Source: Myxococcota bacterium
Lineage (GTDB): Bacteria; Myxococcota_A; UBA9160; UBA4427
NCBI GenBank assembly: GCA_036336835.1
Contig: JAYZFK010000081.1
Span: 1-10,379 of the forward strand
DNA: 10,379 nt
Reading direction: 5' to 3'
In this document: positions 1-6,244 of the stretch, piece after piece
How positions within the stretch are numbered: position 1 is the first letter of the stretch
Layout: each line of letters starts with the position of its first letter
Notes under the pieces: generated by a model
What the model was told of the DNA's origin: nothing
Database searches by the model: none
What the model saw: only the letters and a program-made list of their open reading frames with translations
Made by a program: the position numbers and the translations under genes

Positions 1-860
1 CCGGCCCGGCTCCAGCCGAGCCGGGGATCCTCGGCCTGCAGCAGTCCGCGATCGGTCGAGAGCCACAGGCGACCCAGCGCGAAGCCGATGCGGTGCACCA
101 CGGCTCCGGGCGGCATCACCGGCCGCCAGACGCTCCAGCCGCCGCCCGATTCGGTATCGGCCCGGAACGCGAGCGCCCGCGGATACAGCAACACGACCTC
201 CGCGACCCGGGATCCGACCAGGACGTCGAGCGGCGCCACACCCACCGGCGCACCCGGCACGATCTCCTGACGGATGTTGGCGACGCGCACTGTTCCGGCC
301 GCGCGCTCGAGCTCGCCGCGCCAGACCGACGCGGCCACCAGCCACCAGAGCTCGCAACGCTCGGCCGAGTGACAGCGCAGGGCGACGGCCGTCGCACCCC
401 CGCCCGCTGCTCCGCGGCCGACTCGCGACCAGGGCGAGCCGTCGATCGATGCGAAGACCCCGGCCTCGCTCGCGACGGCCAGCGCGCTGCCGGCGGCCGC
501 GAGCCGGTGCACATGGCGTGCGGCTTCGCCGGGCGCCGGCGAGCGGTCCGCTGCGGCCGGCGCGCCGCGCGCGTGCTGCCACAGCCCGTTCTCCGTCGCG
601 ATCCACAGCGCTCCGTCCCGATCGAACACCAGATCCGTCACGGCCGCGGTGCGCACGACGCGGCGCCCCGGCTCGCCGACCGCGGCGCGCGAAGCGCCCA
701 GTTCGTCGCCGAACGCAACCTCGCCGGTGCGACCGTCCAGTGCGATCGCCAGCACGGGGTGGCCCCGCTGGCCCCAGGACTCGCGACGCCAGCGAACCGC
801 GTCCGGCGCGGCGCGGGCGAGCGAGGCAACGAGCAGCAGCGCTGCGACGGCGCGAAGCAT
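1..860 (-). CDS. Secreted beta-propeller-like protein (ligand-binding/regulator-propeller or BNR-like repeats), 3' end outside the window
   Basis: Hand-translated frame from ATG at 860 has no stop to position 1 (286 codons): MLRAVAALLLVASLARA|APDAVRW... with a Sec-type signal peptide. Blade-like motifs recur: VTDLVFDRDGALWIATENGLW, VHRLAAAGSALAVASEAGVF, VHRIGFALGRLWLSTDRGLL. Codon usage matches the neighbouring genes. Missing from the ORF track because there is no stop in the window. Confidence 0.8.
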   Translation of the reverse strand, partial: MLRAVAALLLVASLARAAPDAVRWRRESWGQRGHPVLAIALDGRTGEVAFGDELGASRAAVGEPGRRVVRTAAVTDLVFDRDGALWIATENGLWQHARGAPAAADRSPAPGEAARHVHRLAAAGSALAVASEAGVFASIDGSPWSRVGRGAAGGGATAVALRCHSAERCELWWLVAASVWRGELERAAGTVRVANIRQEIVPGAPVGVAPLDVLVGSRVAEVVLLYPRALAFRADTESGGGWSVWRPVMPPGAVVHRIGFALGRLWLSTDRGLLQAEDPRLGWSRA

Positions 861-872
861 GGGCACGTAGAG

Positions 873-888
873 AGCAAGAGGCGTGCCG
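873..888 (-). promoter_or_regulatory. Putative sigma54 (RpoN) -24/-12 promoter
   Basis: Minus strand reads CGGCACG-CCTC-TTGCT versus consensus TGGCACG-N4-TTGCW. Exact GG-N10-GC spacing (GG 887-886, GC 875-874), correctly oriented directly upstream of ATG 860. Confidence 0.7.
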
Positions 889-971
889 TCCGCGCCCGGT
901 CCCGCGCCGCCGTGCAACCGCGCGCGCGGCCAGGGGTCTTGCCGCGCATCGGCCGCGCCGCGCTGGCCTTG

Positions 972-1013
972 GTGAAGCCCGGTTCACGCCGCGCGGGCGA
1001 GCGGGATTCACGC
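972..1013. promoter_or_regulatory. Candidate transcription-factor / enhancer-binding-protein site
   Basis: Palindrome GTGAA-N6-TTCAC (972-987) and a second TTCACGC half-site 24 nt away (983-989, 1007-1013), about 110-150 nt upstream of the predicted sigma54 start site. Confidence 0.3.
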
Positions 1014-1085
1014 GCCCGCAGCCTCGACGGGGCGGGTGCGTCGAGCGGATGGAGCTGCCCACCGGAGCGCGGCAGAGCGACGCGG

Positions 1086-1114
1086 TTGACGCTGCGCCGC
1101 CCCTCGCCAAGAAT
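1086..1114 (+). promoter_or_regulatory. Putative sigma70-type promoter of the ORF-cofD-cofC-cofE operon
   Basis: TTGACG (1086-1091), 17-nt spacer, AAGAAT (1109-1114); ATG 1123 follows after 8 nt. Confidence 0.6.
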
Positions 1115-1122
1115 CGTGCGCG

Positions 1123-1449
1123 ATGCGCGACACCTCCCAGAGACTCCGCGCGTGCGGGCTCGGCATGTGCGCCCTGCTCTGCGCGCTGGGCGCCGGCCCC
1201 GCGCGCGCGGCCGATCCGCTGGTCTCTCCTACCGAGGTCGCCGAGCACGTCCGCGAGCTGGAGACGGCGATCCGTCGGGCCCGCGAGCGACTGCTGGTGC
1301 TGGTGTCGACGCCGCGCGCGAAGACTGCGCCGCCGCTGCACGATGAGCCCGAACTCGAGCAGCTCGCACGCGAGCTGCCGGCGCTCGAGCGCGAGCTCGA
1401 TCACTGGGCACAGCTCGAGACGGGACCCGCGAAGAAGGCGCAACCGTGA
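1123..1449 (+). CDS. Small hypothetical exported protein, predicted helical/coiled-coil (108 aa; alternative start ATG 1165)
   Basis: Signal-peptide-like N-terminus ending GPARA|ADP. Amphipathic heptad-like helices (VRELETAIRRARERLL; LEQLARELPALERELDHW). Stop overlaps the cofD start (GTGA 1446-1449). Sits right after the predicted promoter. Confidence 0.7.
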   Translation: MRDTSQRLRACGLGMCALLCALGAGPARAADPLVSPTEVAEHVRELETAIRRARERLLVLVSTPRAKTAPPLHDEPELEQLARELPALERELDHWAQLETGPAKKAQP

Positions 1450-2402
1450 GCCCCGAGGCGCCGGGCTCGATCGTCGCCCTGGCCGGCGGCGTGGGAGCAG
1501 CGCGTTTCCTGGCCGGGCTCACCTCGGCCGTCGATCCCGCGAGGGTGACGGTCATCGTCAACACCGGCGACGACCGCGTCTTCTACGGCGTCCACGTCTC
1601 GCCCGATCTCGACATCGTGACCTACACGCTCGCCGGGGAGATCGACCGCGAGCGCGGCTTCGGCCTCGCCGGTGACCGCTTCACACTGGTCGAGCGCCTC
1701 GCCTCACTCGGACACGAGACCTGGTTCCGGCTCGGCGACCGCGACTATGCCCACTGCCTCCACCGCACCCTGCGCATGCAGGCGGGCGCCAGCCTCGCCG
1801 AAGTCGCGGACGAGCTGCGCCGCGACCTCGGGGTCCGGACGCGCATCCTGCCGATGTCCGACGATCCCTGCCCGACGATCGTCGAGCTCGGCGGCGGCCG
1901 CCGCGTCCACTTCGAGGAATACCTGGTGCGCGACGGTGCGCCCGCCGACGTGGAGGGTGTGGATCTGTCCGCGGCATCGGCGGCAGCGCCTTCGGCCGGC
2001 GTGCTCGATGCGATTCGCGCGGCAGACCTGATCGCGGTGTGCCCGAGCAATCCGGTCGTCTCGATCGGCCCGATCCTCGCGCTGCCGGAGATCCGCGCGG
2101 CAATCGAGGCGACCGACGCGCCGGTGGTCGCCGTCTCGCCGATCGTCGGCGGAGCGCCCATCAAGGGCCCCGCCGACTCGCTGCTGCGCGGGATCGGTGT
2201 CGCGGTCTCGGCTCGCGGCGTCGCGGCACACTATCGCGACTGGATCGACGCGATCGTGATCGACGATCGCGACGCGGAGCTGGCCGCGCCGATCCGCGAG
2301 CTGGGCCTCGGCGTCGCCGTGTGCGACACGATCATGACCAGTCGTGAACGCGCGGCAGCGCTCGCGCGAACCCTGCTGTCGCTGGCCGAGTCGGCGCGAT
2401 GA
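1446..2402 (+). CDS. cofD: 2-phospho-L-lactate / phosphoenolpyruvate transferase (F420-0 or dehydro-F420-0 synthesis; FbiA homolog)
   Basis: Family motifs LAGGVGAARFL, IVNTGDD, VSPDLD, WFRLGDRD, LPMSDD, HFEEY, PSNPVVSIGPIL, SPIVGG..KGPA; 318 aa; adjacent to cofC and cofE. Confidence 0.96.
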   Translation: MSPEAPGSIVALAGGVGAARFLAGLTSAVDPARVTVIVNTGDDRVFYGVHVSPDLDIVTYTLAGEIDRERGFGLAGDRFTLVERLASLGHETWFRLGDRDYAHCLHRTLRMQAGASLAEVADELRRDLGVRTRILPMSDDPCPTIVELGGGRRVHFEEYLVRDGAPADVEGVDLSAASAAAPSAGVLDAIRAADLIAVCPSNPVVSIGPILALPEIRAAIEATDAPVVAVSPIVGGAPIKGPADSLLRGIGVAVSARGVAAHYRDWIDAIVIDDRDAELAAPIRELGLGVAVCDTIMTSRERAAALARTLLSLAESAR

Positions 2403-3049
2403 TCGCCGCGCTGGTGCCGGTCAAGCGGCTGTCGGCGAGCAAGTCGCGCCTGCTGCCCGAGCTCGACCTCGAGCAGCGCGAAGCCCTGTCGCTGGCGATG
2501 CTGCGCGACGTGCTCGAGGCGCTGACCCGCGCCGAGCGCATCGACCGGATTGCCGTGGTCACGCCCGACGACGACGTGGCGCAGGCCGCCCGCGAGGCGG
2601 GCGCCGAGCCGGTGCTGTTCCGGGATCCCGGTCTCAACCCCGCGCTCGAGGCCGCTGCGTCGGAGCTCGCCCTGCGACCCGAGGACGCGCTGCTGGTCCT
2701 GCTCGGCGACGTGGCGGGGGCGCTGCCGTTCGAGATCGACGTCCTGTGCGCCTCGCTCGACGCCGGCAGCGGCCCGACCGCCGTGCTGGCGCCGGCCTCG
2801 GACGGCGGCAGCGCGGCGCTGTTGCGACGGCCGGCGGACGCGATCGCTGCGCACTTCGGCGCGGACAGCGCCAAGCGCCACCGCGACGCCGCCGAGGCCG
2901 CAGGCGTCGCGTTCCGCGAGCTGCCGTTGCCCTCACTCGCCATCGACCTCGACACGGCCGAGGACGTCGGGCGCTTCCTCGCCACGACCCGCGGCGGTCG
3001 CCACACTCGAGCCGTGCTCGCGACACTCGACGAGAGCCGGTCCGAGTGA
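2399..3049 (+). CDS. cofC: 2-phospho-L-lactate / PEP guanylyltransferase (FbiD homolog)
   Basis: Motifs LVPVKRLSASKSRL, AMLRDVL, VVTPD, GLNPAL, FGADSAKRH, IDLDTAEDV; 216 aa; ATGA overlap with cofD. Confidence 0.93.
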   Translation: MIAALVPVKRLSASKSRLLPELDLEQREALSLAMLRDVLEALTRAERIDRIAVVTPDDDVAQAAREAGAEPVLFRDPGLNPALEAAASELALRPEDALLVLLGDVAGALPFEIDVLCASLDAGSGPTAVLAPASDGGSAALLRRPADAIAAHFGADSAKRHRDAAEAAGVAFRELPLPSLAIDLDTAEDVGRFLATTRGGRHTRAVLATLDESRSE

Positions 3050-3786
3050 TCACGCTGACACCGCTCCCGGGTCTCCCGGAGGTCGCCCCGGGTGACGACC
3101 TCGCCGCCCTGCTGGCCGAGGCGGGCGCAGCGGCGGGCGTGGTGCTCGAGCGCGGCGCGCTGGTCGTGTGCCAGAAGGTCGTCTCGAAGGCAGAGGGCCG
3201 ACTCGCCGCGCTGGGCGATGTCGAGCCGAGCGAGCTCGCCGTCGAGATCGCGCGCGAACAGGAGAAGGATGCGCGCCACATCGAGCTCGTGCTGCGCGAG
3301 ACCCGGCGCATCGTGCGGCGCGCGGGCGGCGTGCTGATCTGCGAGACGCACCACGGCTTCGTCTGCGCCAACGCCGGCGTCGACCTGTCCAACGCCCCGG
3401 GGCCCGACATCGCGGTGTTGCTGCCCGAGGATCCCGACGCTTCGGCCCGCTCGCTGCTCGACGCGCTCCGCGCGCACGGCGCCCGGCATCTCGCCGTCGT
3501 CATCAGCGACACCTTCGGCCGTCCCTGGCGCGAGGGGCTCGTCGACCTGGCGATTGGCGCAGCGGGCATCGCACCGATCGACGACGCGCGCGGCAGCCGC
3601 GATCGATCGGGCCGCGAGCTCCAGGTCACCGCAATGGCCACCCCCGACCAGCTGGCCGCGGCCGCCGGCCTGCTGATGATCAAGGACGCTGGCGTCGCCG
3701 CCGTCTGGGTGGGCGGCCTCACGCCGCGGGGCGACGGCCGCCTCGCCGAGCTGGTCCGCGATCCCTCGACGGACCTGTTCCGTTAG
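3046..3786 (+). CDS. cofE: Coenzyme F420-0:L-glutamate ligase, stand-alone (no C-terminal nitroreductase domain)
   Basis: C-terminal 246 aa of the 2344..3786 track ORF. The true start is inferred at GTG 3046, which overlaps the cofC stop (GTGA). Motifs LPEVAPGDDL, QKVVSKAEGR, CANAGVDLSN, LLPEDPDASAR, ISDTFGRPWREG, terminal DLFR. Confidence 0.95.
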   Translation: MITLTPLPGLPEVAPGDDLAALLAEAGAAAGVVLERGALVVCQKVVSKAEGRLAALGDVEPSELAVEIAREQEKDARHIELVLRETRRIVRRAGGVLICETHHGFVCANAGVDLSNAPGPDIAVLLPEDPDASARSLLDALRAHGARHLAVVISDTFGRPWREGLVDLAIGAAGIAPIDDARGSRDRSGRELQVTAMATPDQLAAAAGLLMIKDAGVAAVWVGGLTPRGDGRLAELVRDPSTDLFR

Positions 3787-4415
3787 GCGCGCTGACCACT
3801 GGCGCCTCGGTCGGCGTCGCCGCTCGCGAGCTGCTGAATTGCGCGCCACAGCGGCTCGATGCCCTCGCCAGTCTGGGCCGAGGTGGCGATCGTGCGCGCG
3901 GGGGCGATCGGCAGCTGCGCGCGCAGCGCCTTCAGGCGCTGGCCGCGGCGCATGCGCCTGAGCTTGTCGAGCTTGGTGATCGCCACGAGAGAGACTACCG
4001 AGTGCTCGTCGAGCCAGTCGAGCAGCCGGGTCTCGTCCTCGCTGACGTCGCGGCGCAGGTCCTGCAGCAGGATGGCCGCGCACAGTCCCTCTCGCTGACT
4101 GAGATAGCCCTCGATCATCGGCCGCCAGGTCCGACGTTCGCTGCGCGCGACCCGCGCATAGCCGTAGCCCGGCAGATCGACCAGGCGCAGCCCGCCCCAG
4201 CCGAGCTCGACCTCGTAGACGTGGATCAGCCGCGTCTTGCCGGGGGTGTTGCTGATGCGCGCGAGCCGCTTGCGCTGCACCAGCTTGTTGAGCAGGCTCG
4301 ACTTGCCGACGTTGCTGCGTCCCAGGAACGCCACCTCCGGCAGCTCGGCCGGCGGCAGATCGGAGACCCGAGCCGCGGTCGCGACGAGCTCGGCGCGCAG
4401 GATCCTGGGCTTCAC
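3783..4415 (-). CDS. engB: Ribosome biogenesis GTP-binding protein EngB/YihA/YsxC
   Basis: G1 GRSNVGKSSLLN, G2 PGKT, G3 DLPGYGYA, G4 TKLDK, G5 TSA; 210 aa; GTG start overlaps the aminotransferase stop. Confidence 0.96.
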   Translation of the reverse strand: MKPRILRAELVATAARVSDLPPAELPEVAFLGRSNVGKSSLLNKLVQRKRLARISNTPGKTRLIHVYEVELGWGGLRLVDLPGYGYARVARSERRTWRPMIEGYLSQREGLCAAILLQDLRRDVSEDETRLLDWLDEHSVVSLVAITKLDKLRRMRRGQRLKALRAQLPIAPARTIATSAQTGEGIEPLWRAIQQLASGDADRGASGQRA

Positions 4416-5599
4416 CGCGCGACCCCGCGCACCGGGTCGGCGAGCTGCGGCAGCGCCGCTTCGAGGCGAGCGAGCGCCTCATCGATCACCTCGTCGGCAA
4501 CGGCGTAGCTGAAGCGCAGCCAGCCCTCCGCGGCACTGCCGAAGTCGATTCCCGGCGTCGAGCCGACGTGCGCCCGCTCGAGCAGCGCGAAGGCGAGCTC
4601 GCGCGAGTCGCGGCCGCACGAGCCGAGGGGCCGCGCATCGGCCAGCACAACCCCCGCGCCCGGCGGGTGGGGCGCCACGCCGAAGCCGAGACGGCGAAGC
4701 CCGTCGACCAGGCGGGTACGGCGCATCGCGTAGCGAGCACGCATCGCCTCGACGGCCGGCGCGCCCTGCTCGAGCGCCGCGATCCCCGCGTGCTGCACGA
4801 ACGAGCTGGCGGAGATGAACAGGCTCTGCTGCAGGATCTGCAGCGGTCGCGCCGCCCACTCGGGCGCCACTACCCAGCCCAGCCGGAAGCCAGTCATTGC
4901 GTAGCGCTTCGAGAAGCCGTCGAACACGAAGGCATCGCGAGTGTGCTCGAGCGCCGAGCTCACCCGCGCAGTGTCGTAGACGAGACCGTCGTAGATCTCG
5001 TCCGACACCAGGGTCGGGCCGAGCGCGGCGAGCTCGGCGATCGTCTCGCGCGTCTGGACGGCTCCGGTCGGGTTGGCCGGCGAGCAGACGAGGATCGCGC
5101 GAGTCCGCGGCGTCAGCGCAGCGCGCACGCGCTCGGGATCGAGGCAATAGCGGTCGTCGGGATCGGTCTCGACGTACACCGGCACGCCCCCACACAGCCG
5201 GATGAAGTTCGGGTAGCAGGGATAGTGCGGCGTTCCGAGCACCACCTCGTCTCCCGGGTCGATCAGCGTCTGGAAGCTGAGCCACATCGCCGGGGACGTA
5301 CCCATCGTGACGATCACCCGCGAGGGCTCGACCGATACGCCGAAGCGACGCTGGAGGTCAGCGGCGATCGCCTCGCGCAGCTGCTCGACCCCTCGACTGT
5401 CGGTGTAGTGCGTCACGCCAGCTCGCAGCGCTCGCTGGCAGGCCTCGATCACCGGCTCGGGCGCCGGGGAGTCCGGCTCTCCGACCTCGAGATGGGACAC
5501 CGCCGTGCCCTCGCGCTCCATGGCCAGGGCGCGCTCGAGCACTTCCATCGCCAGGAAGGGCTCGACATCGCGGAGTCGACGGGCGCCGGGCGGGTCCAT
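4412..5599 (-). CDS. PLP-dependent class I/II aminotransferase (aspartate aminotransferase-like), substrate not assignable
   Basis: Motifs LEVGEPD, THYT..G...LREAIA, SPANPTG, VSDEIY, DGFSKRYAMTGFRLGW (PLP lysine), LRFSYA. Start placed at ATG 5599 (395 aa) rather than 5647 because family similarity begins just after it and a promoter lies at 5606-5634. Confidence 0.92.
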   Translation of the reverse strand: MDPPGARRLRDVEPFLAMEVLERALAMEREGTAVSHLEVGEPDSPAPEPVIEACQRALRAGVTHYTDSRGVEQLREAIAADLQRRFGVSVEPSRVIVTMGTSPAMWLSFQTLIDPGDEVVLGTPHYPCYPNFIRLCGGVPVYVETDPDDRYCLDPERVRAALTPRTRAILVCSPANPTGAVQTRETIAELAALGPTLVSDEIYDGLVYDTARVSSALEHTRDAFVFDGFSKRYAMTGFRLGWVVAPEWAARPLQILQQSLFISASSFVQHAGIAALEQGAPAVEAMRARYAMRRTRLVDGLRRLGFGVAPHPPGAGVVLADARPLGSCGRDSRELAFALLERAHVGSTPGIDFGSAAEGWLRFSYAVADEVIDEALARLEAALPQLADPVRGVAR

Positions 5600-5605
5600 G
5601 GGTTC

Positions 5606-5634
5606 GGAGTAGCCGTGCCGATCCGGCGTGTCAA
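5606..5634 (-). promoter_or_regulatory. Putative sigma70-type promoter of the aminotransferase-engB unit
   Basis: Minus strand: perfect TTGACA (5634-5629), 17-nt spacer, TACTCC (5611-5606), 6 nt, then ATG 5599. The -10 box lacks the final T. Confidence 0.65.
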
Positions 5635-5687
5635 GGACGTCGATCACGCAACCCCCCGAATTTTCGACGCTTTCCAGTCAACGAGCT

Positions 5688-5716
5688 TTGCGTGGACGCG
5701 TCGCCGATGATAGCTT
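5688..5716 (+). promoter_or_regulatory. Putative sigma70-type promoter of the ccm operon (extended -10)
   Basis: TTGCGT (5688-5693), 17-nt spacer, TAGCTT (5711-5716) preceded by TGn (5708-5710); predicted start site near 5723. Confidence 0.65.
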
Positions 5717-5726
5717 CAAGGCTGGC

Positions 5727-5752
5727 CCGCGTACCGCCTGCAGCGTACGCGG
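5727..5752 (+). other. Inverted repeat / stem-loop in the ccmE 5' leader
   Basis: CCGCGTAC (5727-5734), 10 nt, GTACGCGG (5745-5752): a perfect 8-bp stem with no U-tract, just downstream of the predicted start site. Confidence 0.55.
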
Positions 5753-5772
5753 AGCGAGAACGAGGTCCGAGC

Positions 5773-6243
5773 GTGCCCAAGGGTGTCCAGATCGCGATCG
5801 GAGCCATCGTCTGCGCCGCGTTGCTCGGCTGGTACGGCTTCTCGAACCTCGAGGGCCAGGCGACCTACCAGTACTTCACCACACTCGACGAGTTCCTGGC
5901 GTCCGAGCCCCAGAACCGCATCGGGGAGTCGCTGCGCATCAAGGGCTTCGTCGCCGATGGCTCGATCGACCGCCGCGTCGACGAGCGGCGCGTCCTGTTC
6001 GCCATCCAGAACGATCCCCCCCACGTGAACGCGAACGCGACCGCTACGTTCGCCGTCCACTACCTGAGCCTCGAAACGCCGGACCTGTTCCAGGACGGCG
6101 CCGAGGTCGTGGTCGAAGGACACGTCGAGGGGCGTCCCTCCGGCGTCGTCCTGATCGCCGACAACGTGCTTGCAAAGTGCCCGTCGAAGTTCCAGGCCAT
6201 GGCCGAGCAGCAGCGGGGCGAGGCCGAGGAGACGAGCCTCTAG
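5773..6243 (+). CDS. ccmE: Cytochrome c maturation heme chaperone CcmE, cysteine variant (CPSKF)
   Basis: N-terminal TM anchor, YFTTLDE, LRIKGFVADGSI, PDLFQDGAEVVVEG, ADNVLAKCPSKF. Start inferred at GTG 5773 (GAGG at 5762-5765), 156 aa. Directly upstream of ccmF. Confidence 0.93.
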   Translation: MPKGVQIAIGAIVCAALLGWYGFSNLEGQATYQYFTTLDEFLASEPQNRIGESLRIKGFVADGSIDRRVDERRVLFAIQNDPPHVNANATATFAVHYLSLETPDLFQDGAEVVVEGHVEGRPSGVVLIADNVLAKCPSKFQAMAEQQRGEAEETSL

Positions 6244-6244
6244 A

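Noticed and set aside
924..947. GC-rich inverted repeat GCGCGGC-N10-GCCGCGC in the first intergenic region
   Set aside because: All-GC arms in a very GC-rich spacer, no U-tract, and located between divergent promoters; likely chance.
93..1675. Long plus-strand ORFs 93..1346 and 449..1675
   Set aside because: Arg/Ala/Pro-rich, no motifs; they are shadows of the real minus-strand gene and of the small ORF and cofD, expected at this GC content.
2344..3045. Apparent 234-aa N-terminal extension of CofE (480-aa track ORF) or a cofC-cofE fusion/frameshift
   Set aside because: The extension is an off-frame reading of cofC; cofC has its own stop and cofE its own GTG in a standard GTGA overlap.
2332..4508. 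Long ORFs 2332..4482 (-), 2634..3722 (-) and 3168..4508 (+)
   Set aside because: Alternative-frame or antisense shadows of cofC, cofE and engB with no recognisable domains.
5692..5772. Longer CcmE start at 5692 or 5707
   Set aside because: These codons fall within the predicted promoter; GTG 5773 has an SD-like GAGG and puts the TM anchor at the N-terminus as in other CcmE proteins.
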